From Minisyncoccota bacterium (GTDB lineage Bacteria > Patescibacteriota > Minisyncoccia > UBA6257 > 2-01-FULL-56-20): DNA of 64,000 nt. Both the position numbers and the translations under genes were made by a program. This document shows positions 58,541 through 64,000 of this stretch, piece after piece. The notes under the pieces are model-generated. The model did not search any database. It saw only the letters and a list, made by a program, of their open reading frames with translations, and had not been told where the DNA came from. Within the stretch, counting starts at the first letter, position 1; the number at the start of each line of letters is the position of its first letter. The stretch is from positions 1,621 through 65,620 of the forward strand of contig DATKNI010000030.1 in NCBI GenBank assembly GCA_035541415.1. Direction: 5' to 3'.

Positions 58541-59302
58541 TCAATGGAAAACCGCTAGGGCGAATCCATAGAGGTTGCTCTGGCTGCTCAAGGTTCCGCT
58601 GAAGCTAAAGCTGCCCGACGGCGTAATGGCGTCTCCGTATCCGGCTGAACCCCAGCTCGGTTCTATTTGGGCCCGAAGATACGTGAGCGGTGCCGTGCTC
58701 GACCATTTCGTGATGGTTCCTGAGTTGAACGCAATGAATCCCACCCCCAGGCTTCCCGAGGAAGTCGTCAGTGCGTTGCTCGCGAACTGACCATTGGTGA
58801 TCGAGCTTCCCCGGAAGGTTTTGTTAGTCGGACTGCAGTTCGGCAGCCCCGAATACTCGTTCAGAAACATCACCGCATCGCCCCAGCCCGGAATGTTGCC
58901 GATCTCGATCGTGGGTTTCTGGCCGCCTTCTGTCGACGACACCTTCTCGTAATAGGTATCGACATACCACGAACCAACTGCTTGTGGACTTCCAAAAACC
59001 CCAGGAAGATTGGCCCCGCTGGTCGCGTCAAGTACGCTTTCCATTTCCCCGGTTTTGGTGGCGATTTCAATGATCAAGCAGTTGCCCGTGGTCACGCTGT
59101 GCGTATAGGTCCCACTGAAGTTGGGCACGATTGAGGTGCTGGCAAAGACCACTCCTTGAATGAACGATGGACCGGAGGGTGGAGGCGGTGTCGATGCGTT
59201 TGGAATTTTGTACACAACGGTTACGGAATCGGCTTGGCAAAATGCCGATTCCGTCAAACAGGCAACAGCAAGAACCAAAGCAAACACTTTCAGTGATTTC
59301 AT
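58541..59302 (-). CDS. Hypothetical secreted beta-rich protein
   Basis: AAGGAG SD, signal peptide, Pro linker; upstream TTGACA-N17-TATTTT (59350-59378). Confidence 0.65.
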   Translation of the reverse strand: MKSLKVFALVLAVACLTESAFCQADSVTVVYKIPNASTPPPPSGPSFIQGVVFASTSIVPNFSGTYTHSVTTGNCLIIEIATKTGEMESVLDATSGANLPGVFGSPQAVGSWYVDTYYEKVSSTEGGQKPTIEIGNIPGWGDAVMFLNEYSGLPNCSPTNKTFRGSSITNGQFASNALTTSSGSLGVGFIAFNSGTITKWSSTAPLTYLRAQIEPSWGSAGYGDAITPSGSFSFSGTLSSQSNLYGFALAVFH

Positions 59303-59522
59303 TGTTTCTCCTTTGGATTGTCAACGTACCGCTTGGTAACGCAAAATATAAAATAGCAAATTCAAAGAATTATGTCAATTTTCTCGCCGCACGCAAATTT
59401 GCTCTTGACCGCTTGCTCGCAAAAGATTACACTGCTTGTATCTCCAAAACCGCGAGTATAGCGGTCTTTTATTTGCAAAAGACGGTTGCCCGCGAGAAAA
59501 ATCAGGAGTATACTAGACACCA

Positions 59523-59711
59523 ATGTTCGATCGCATCAAACACTTTTTTATCGAGTCGCGCAATGAGTTGCGCCACGTGAACTGGCCGACGCGCCAAGAG
59601 GCGATCCGCCTCACGGGCATCGTGATCGGCCTTTCGCTCTCGCTCGCCGTATTTCTGGGCGCGTGCGACTACCTCTTCACTTACATCATGCGCACGTTTA
59701 TCGTAAAATAA
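59523..59711 (+). CDS. secE: Preprotein translocase subunit SecE
   Basis: ELRHVNWPTRQE plus a single TM; precedes nusG. Confidence 0.95.
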   Translation: MFDRIKHFFIESRNELRHVNWPTRQEAIRLTGIVIGLSLSLAVFLGACDYLFTYIMRTFIVK

Positions 59712-59723
59712 ATATCTAGGGAA

Positions 59724-60293
59724 ATGGCATTAGCTTCGCACCAAGGTGCGCACAACGAAAAACCGCAGATCCGGCAGTGGTATGCCGTCCAGACGTATTC
59801 GGGCTACGAAGAAGCCGTCGCCCGCTATTTGAAGCAGCGCGTCGAATCGCTCGCGATGAGCGACAAGATTTTCAACGTCCTCGTTCCGAAAGAAAAGACG
59901 ATCAAAGTGAAGGGCGGCAAGCGCCAGACGGTTGAAGAGAAGATTTATCCGGGGTATGTGCTCGTCGAAATGATCCTCACCGAAGATTCGTGGTACGTCG
60001 TCCGCAACACGCCGCGCGTCACCGGTTTCGTCGGTCCCGATAACACCACCCCGACGCCGCTTTCCAAAGATGAAGTTGATTTGCTCCTCGCGCGCTCCGG
60101 CCGCGACGAGAGCAAGGTCATGCTTGACCTCAAGGTAGGCGATCTGGTAAAAATAACCGACGGTCCGTTCAAGGAATACGACGGCAAAGTTGCCGAAGTA
60201 AACGAAGAAAAGGGGAGCATCAAAGTGCTCGTACCGATCTTCGGACGCGATACCGCCGTGGAGCTCGACTCGCTCCAGGTACGAAAGATATAA
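59724..60293 (+). CDS. nusG: Transcription termination/antitermination factor NusG
   Basis: WYAVQTYSGYE, YPGYVLVEM, VRNTPRVTGFVG, KOW GDLVKITDGPF, IFGRDT.VEL. Confidence 0.97.
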   Translation: MALASHQGAHNEKPQIRQWYAVQTYSGYEEAVARYLKQRVESLAMSDKIFNVLVPKEKTIKVKGGKRQTVEEKIYPGYVLVEMILTEDSWYVVRNTPRVTGFVGPDNTTPTPLSKDEVDLLLARSGRDESKVMLDLKVGDLVKITDGPFKEYDGKVAEVNEEKGSIKVLVPIFGRDTAVELDSLQVRKI

Positions 60294-60336
60294 TCAATCA
60301 GAAACAATAAATTAGAAACTAAGGTCTACTAGAAAT

Positions 60337-60540
60337 ATGGCTCAACAGTGTTTCTTCTGTTCGCAAAACTTAAAGAATATTGATTATAAGGAGATCGAAT
60401 TGCTCCGGCGCTTTGTGTCGAGCCAATCCAAGATCATCGACCCGCGCCATACGAGCGTGTGCGCAAAGCATCAGCGGAAATTGGCGCTCGCCATCAAGCG
60501 CGCGCGGTTTATGGGGCTTCTCCCGTACGTACGCAAATAA
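60337..60540 (+). CDS. rpsR: 30S ribosomal protein S18 (Zn-binding form)
   Basis: CFFC, IDYK...L, C.KHQR.LA.AIKRAR..GLLPY. Confidence 0.96.
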   Translation: MAQQCFFCSQNLKNIDYKEIELLRRFVSSQSKIIDPRHTSVCAKHQRKLALAIKRARFMGLLPYVRK

Positions 60541-60541
60541 T

Positions 60542-60565
60542 AAGCGCCCCGGAAGGGGCGTTTTT
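60542..60565 (+). terminator. Intrinsic terminator
   Basis: aagcgcccc-ggaa-ggggcgttttt. Confidence 0.85.
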
Positions 60566-60586
60566 GTTTCGTGGTAAAATTGAGAA

Positions 60587-61144
60587 ATGTCTTTTAACCA
60601 GCGCGCGTTCCTGTGGGTCCATCATTTCATGGGCGCAAGTCCGTGGCTCGATGGATTCGGCGTTTTTCTCGCGGAATGGCTTCCCTATTTCCTCGTCCTC
60701 GGATTTTTCATGCTTCTCCTTAGCCAGCCGGGATGGCGCAAGAAATTTTATTGGTTTGCCGAAGGGGCGATCGCGATCATGGTCTCCCGCGGCATCGTCA
60801 CGGAAACCATCCGACTCTTCTACCATTACGAGCGGCCGTTTTCGTTTTATCATTTTGCACCCCTCATCGTTGGCGCTGGCTGGTCGTTCCCGTCCGGCCA
60901 TGCCGCGTGGTTCTTTGCGATGGCAACGACGATCTGGTATATGGATCGGAAATGGGGGATTGCGTTTTATATTTTTGCGCTCGTGAACGGCATTTCGCGC
61001 GTTTACGTCGGCGTCCATTGGCCGTTCGACATCGTGGGCGGCATTGCGGTTGGCATTCTTTCGGGGATCGTCGTGCATTGGCTCCTCACGTCAAGCCGCG
61101 AAGGGATTTATAAAACCGCAACTCCGGTTGCGGCTCAACGCTAA
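60587..61144 (+). CDS. PAP2 phosphatase (BcrC-like undecaprenyl-diphosphatase)
   Basis: RPF, SFPSGH, SRVYVGVHWPFDIVGG. Confidence 0.9.
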   Translation: MSFNQRAFLWVHHFMGASPWLDGFGVFLAEWLPYFLVLGFFMLLLSQPGWRKKFYWFAEGAIAIMVSRGIVTETIRLFYHYERPFSFYHFAPLIVGAGWSFPSGHAAWFFAMATTIWYMDRKWGIAFYIFALVNGISRVYVGVHWPFDIVGGIAVGILSGIVVHWLLTSSREGIYKTATPVAAQR

Positions 61145-61158
61145 GAACGTCGTTTGCG

Positions 61159-61560
61159 CTACGCGATCGTTGCGGTGCAATATGCGCACCGGGTCGCTTT
61201 GACCGGGATGTTCGAGAGGCATTCAGGGCACGTTTTTGTGGTCGCTTCCGGCGGCGGGCCTTTTTTGATCCGCTCATTGATTTTATTGATTGGGAGCACC
61301 ACGAAGAAATAAATGGTTGCGGCGAGAATAAGGAACGAGATCACATTGTTCAAAAAATCGCCGTACATGAATTGGCTGCCGTGGACGGTGAAGGTGAGAT
61401 TGCTGAAATTGGGCTGGGTCGCGATGGCCGCGATGAGCGGCGTGAGGAGGTCTTTTACGAGCGCGCTTACGACGCCATTGAACGCGGCTCCAATCATGAT
61501 GCCGACGGCGAGATCGATGACGTTGCCGCGCAGGATGAACTGCCGGAATCCCTGTAGCAT
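61159..61560 (-). CDS. mscL: Large-conductance mechanosensitive channel with C-terminal Cys4 tail
   Basis: FILRGNVIDLAVGIMIGAAF, YGDFL..I.FLI; ATG at 61560. Confidence 0.95.
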   Translation of the reverse strand: MLQGFRQFILRGNVIDLAVGIMIGAAFNGVVSALVKDLLTPLIAAIATQPNFSNLTFTVHGSQFMYGDFLNNVISFLILAATIYFFVVLPINKINERIKKGPPPEATTKTCPECLSNIPVKATRCAYCTATIA

Positions 61561-61596
61561 GCTTTTATTATACACGCCTCAAATTCCGCTGGGCGC

Positions 61597-62514
61597 CTAG
61601 AATCTAAAGAGGCTGAGCTGGATGAGGCGTGAACGGAGGAGGTCGAGAATCTGCGATGGCGGCAGGACGAAGCGGCGGATGGCCACGGTTACCGTCTGGC
61701 CGCCTCCGGCGCGGCTTACCGTAAAGCTCGCGCCGTCATTGCCGAGCGGCGATGGTGCTGCGAGAACACTCCCATTCCGCGAAATCATCGTGACTTCTTT
61801 TGCGCCGGTTTGCGCAATCGTCTGATGTACGCCGTTCACGGCGGCCGCTCCTTCCGAGAATGAAATGCTCCCGAAGTTGTCGAGCGGCAGGGTGCCGACA
61901 TTCGAGCTTGGCATTTCTTGGATCCATTCCGCGGATGAATGATCGGAATTATAGGACAGGTCGAGGTGATCGGTGTCGCCGGTCGTATTGTTTCTATAGG
62001 AAACCCGCCACGTGCCCGGATCCGATTCCTCGAGCGATACGCTTATTGAGTCGCCGGCGTGCACCGGGAAAGAAATCTGTTGCATGTCGTCGGGCAGCAA
62101 TTCGTACCAGGCGGCGTAGCGTACCGAACCATTCGGGTCGGTGATCGCCTGGGTGCCGGCTTGGATGAGATTGTGGCCGGTGACGCCGCCGATGCCTACC
62201 CACGTTGCGTCGGCCGAGGTTCGGTCCGCGCTTGGAACGGAAGGAATGGTCCACGTTCCGCCGACCGCCGTAAAGGATCCTTCCGTTGAAACGTAGCCCG
62301 CCCAGTTGAGCGACTCATTCGAATTGACGCCGGAATCCGGCGCGCTCGGGTATTGCGGATAAACAATCTGCGCGATTTGCGGACCGTCGTTTGTTCGGGA
62401 AAATGAGAGCCACGAAAATGGAAGCGAGAGCTGCGGGAATGGCGCTGCGAATGCCATAATAGGCATGGCAGCAGCGATGACTGCGGCCGCGAGCATTCGT
62501 AATAGAGTCTTCAT
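61597..62514 (-). CDS. Secreted G1 (eqolisin, peptidase A4) glutamic peptidase
   Basis: SLNWAGY, WVGIGG, LIQAGT, AWYE, SAEWIQE; ATG at 62514. Confidence 0.88.
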   Translation of the reverse strand: MKTLLRMLAAAVIAAAMPIMAFAAPFPQLSLPFSWLSFSRTNDGPQIAQIVYPQYPSAPDSGVNSNESLNWAGYVSTEGSFTAVGGTWTIPSVPSADRTSADATWVGIGGVTGHNLIQAGTQAITDPNGSVRYAAWYELLPDDMQQISFPVHAGDSISVSLEESDPGTWRVSYRNNTTGDTDHLDLSYNSDHSSAEWIQEMPSSNVGTLPLDNFGSISFSEGAAAVNGVHQTIAQTGAKEVTMISRNGSVLAAPSPLGNDGASFTVSRAGGGQTVTVAIRRFVLPPSQILDLLRSRLIQLSLFRF

Positions 62515-62616
62515 GTTTAAACTAGTACGCCTGGATTTTGGGAATTGTTTCATTTCGCGGCGCGGTGCGTATTATAACGATACTTGCTTATTCGTGGTCG
62601 ACTATAAATTATTTCT

Positions 62617-62811
62617 ATGCCTCGAAAGTACAGCAGAAAATCGCAGAATAAAGTTCGCCGCGCCATGCACGAGATGAAGCGTGGAAAATTGAAGAGCGGC
62701 CGCAGCGGGAAAACGGTCCGCAGCCGCAAGCAGGCGATTGCGATCGGACTTTCCGAAGCGCGCCGTTCGGGTGCCAAAGTCCCGAAGCCGAAGCGCGGCA
62801 GGCGCCGATAA
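62617..62811 (+). CDS. Small basic DUF6496-like protein
   Basis: KVRRAMHEMKRGKLKSGRSG..V.SRKQAIAIGLSEARR.G.KVP. Confidence 0.85.
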   Translation: MPRKYSRKSQNKVRRAMHEMKRGKLKSGRSGKTVRSRKQAIAIGLSEARRSGAKVPKPKRGRRR

Positions 62812-62870
62812 GTTGTGCACAATTGAATAGTGCCCAAGGGTGCGGGACAATGAAGATAGAAGGAGGTGAA

Positions 62871-63356
62871 ATGGATTACCCGAGAGGTGTGAGGTTCTCA
62901 TACCAAGGAACCAGATATCTCGTCGAGTTTCATTGCATATCCAAAAACCCCGCGCAGAAATGTTCAAATCCGGACTGCACGGATAAGGCCGTTTTTGCGG
63001 TGACCATTGTCATCAACAAGATCAGCATCAAGGAGAGTTCCCAGGAAATCGTGCTCGATCCCAGGCACAAAATGTGGGCGACGATTGCAACCATTGTTCG
63101 GCTTCGTGAGGGCGACAACCAAACCCATTGCCTTGAAGCAAATTCATTCAGGACCTGCGAAAAGGCCATGGCGTACCAGAATTACGCCGCCACGAGAGAT
63201 GCCTTCGGCGTTCGTGTAAGCGAACGTGAAGGATGGAATAAGTTGTACTTGAGTCGCCAACGTCATTTGGCCCGCAAGGAGCGGAAGCGCCTTAAAAAAG
63301 AACGAAAGGCCATGAAACGTGCTCAACGGTGCCAACAACTTTCCGGACGGAGGTGA
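62871..63356 (+). CDS. Hypothetical protein (Cys cluster, basic C-terminus)
   Basis: AAGGAGG SD before ATG 62871; hairpin terminator follows. Confidence 0.55.
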   Translation: MDYPRGVRFSYQGTRYLVEFHCISKNPAQKCSNPDCTDKAVFAVTIVINKISIKESSQEIVLDPRHKMWATIATIVRLREGDNQTHCLEANSFRTCEKAMAYQNYAATRDAFGVRVSEREGWNKLYLSRQRHLARKERKRLKKERKAMKRAQRCQQLSGRR

Positions 63357-63365
63357 TCTGTCCAC

Positions 63366-63397
63366 CGGCGCGGATGATTATTCGTCCGCGCTGTTTC
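63366..63397 (+). terminator. Probable terminator
   Basis: cggcgcggatga..tcgtccgcgctg followed by ttt. Confidence 0.55.
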
Positions 63398-63441
63398 TAT
63401 TTGAGAATTTCAAAAGAATCCTATACACTCAATGGGACATT

Positions 63442-63528
63442 GGAGGCGTGGCCGAGCGGCTTAAGGCAGCATCCTGCTAAGATGTTTAGGGGGAAACTCC
63501 TACGAAGGTTCGAATCCTTCCGCCTCCG
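63442..63528 (+). tRNA. tRNA-Ser(GCT)
   Basis: GGAGGCG/CGCCTCC acceptor stem, GCATC-CTGCTAA-GATGT anticodon arm, long variable arm, GGTTCGAATCC. Confidence 0.96.
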
Positions 63529-63635
63529 CCCGTTAGTGCAGCGGTTCGAGAGACCTTGAGGCCTCATGTCGGTAGGGTAGCCGAAGCACCAGCTTGAATC
63601 TTCCAATAAATATTTGGATGTGTTACAGTGGGGCT

Positions 63636-64000
63636 ATGCCAAACTCCTTCGAAAATTCCATTCAGGACCAACCTCAGGAAATTCCTGTCGAGGTGCATCA
63701 TGCCGAAGACGGGAAAGAAAATCCTGAATCAAAAAACGAATCCTCTAAACAGGAAAAATCGCCCGAGGGAAAAGCCGATAAAAATGAATATGCAGAAGTA
63801 GCTGAACAACACGTCGAAGCGGCTTTCGAGTCCCAGAAAGCAGAACTGCAACAGCGACAAAAACGGTATGAGAATGCGGTAAATTTATTGAAAACGAATC
63901 TCGAGGAGGCCCAAAAGCAGTACCCACAACTCGAAAACAGTCCCATTCTTAAGACTTTCTTAGAAGAGGATGAAGGCATAGCTCGATTGTTTGAAGCTGG
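63636..64000 (+). CDS. Partial hypothetical acidic/coiled-coil protein running off the window
   Basis: TG-n-TACAGT 6 nt before ATG 63636; open frame MPNSFENSIQDQPQEIP... to the window end. Confidence 0.65.
   Translation, partial: MPNSFENSIQDQPQEIPVEVHHAEDGKENPESKNESSKQEKSPEGKADKNEYAEVAEQHVEAAFESQKAELQQRQKRYENAVNLLKTNLEEAQKQYPQLENSPILKTFLEEDEGIARLFEA

Noticed and set aside
62813-62822. Palindrome TTGTGCACAA as a DnaA box or origin
   Set aside because: Single imperfect site with no cluster and no dnaA
63534-63592. Additional tRNA ending in CCA
   Set aside because: No T-loop in the correct position and no 7-bp acceptor stem

Overview
A 64-kb chromosomal segment of a small-genome bacterium using genetic code 11. 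Gene content and style suggest Patescibacteria/CPR, probably Parcubacteria; this is inferred from protein features, not from a search. I found no CRISPR array, rRNA, integrase, transposase or prophage. Layout: (i) 0.1-5.7 kb: peptide SBP, secG, holin-like gene, gpmI, rny. (ii) 5.7-35.8 kb: a ~30-kb surface-glycan locus with an O-antigen-ligase/OTase-like gene, GDP-Man 3,5-epimerase, GT11, gmd, a His-for-Lys ColD-type 3-dehydratase, the full GDP-heptose pathway with Cj1427/Cj1430-like tailoring enzymes, a minimal split ThDP E1 alpha/beta pair beside an aldo-keto reductase, methyltransferases, Wzx and a WcaJ/WbaP-type initiating transferase, plus an exported LCAT-like lipase. (iii) 35.9-44.5 kb: a sphingomyelin-synthase-like PAP2 protein, a thiol-redox cluster, CIRCE-groESL, lemA-htpX and tRNA-Ser(GGA). 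(iv) 44.6-56.3 kb: a His1 copper-binding pair, SPFH, an ATP-grasp protein, a three-gene flavinylation/electron-transfer module (FMN-binding protein, ApbE, RnfD-FNR fusion), and M13 and S53 peptidases. (v) 56.4-64 kb: gyrB, secE-nusG-rpsR, mscL, a G1 peptidase and tRNA-Ser(GCT). Best candidates for undescribed biology: a GDP-based branched or 3,6-dideoxy sugar pathway possibly feeding protein glycosylation; three long intergenic palindromes sharing a TC/TC (minus-strand tandem GA) internal loop; and pervasive leaderless promoters on core genes versus SD-led orphan cassettes. All family calls come from motif recognition by eye.
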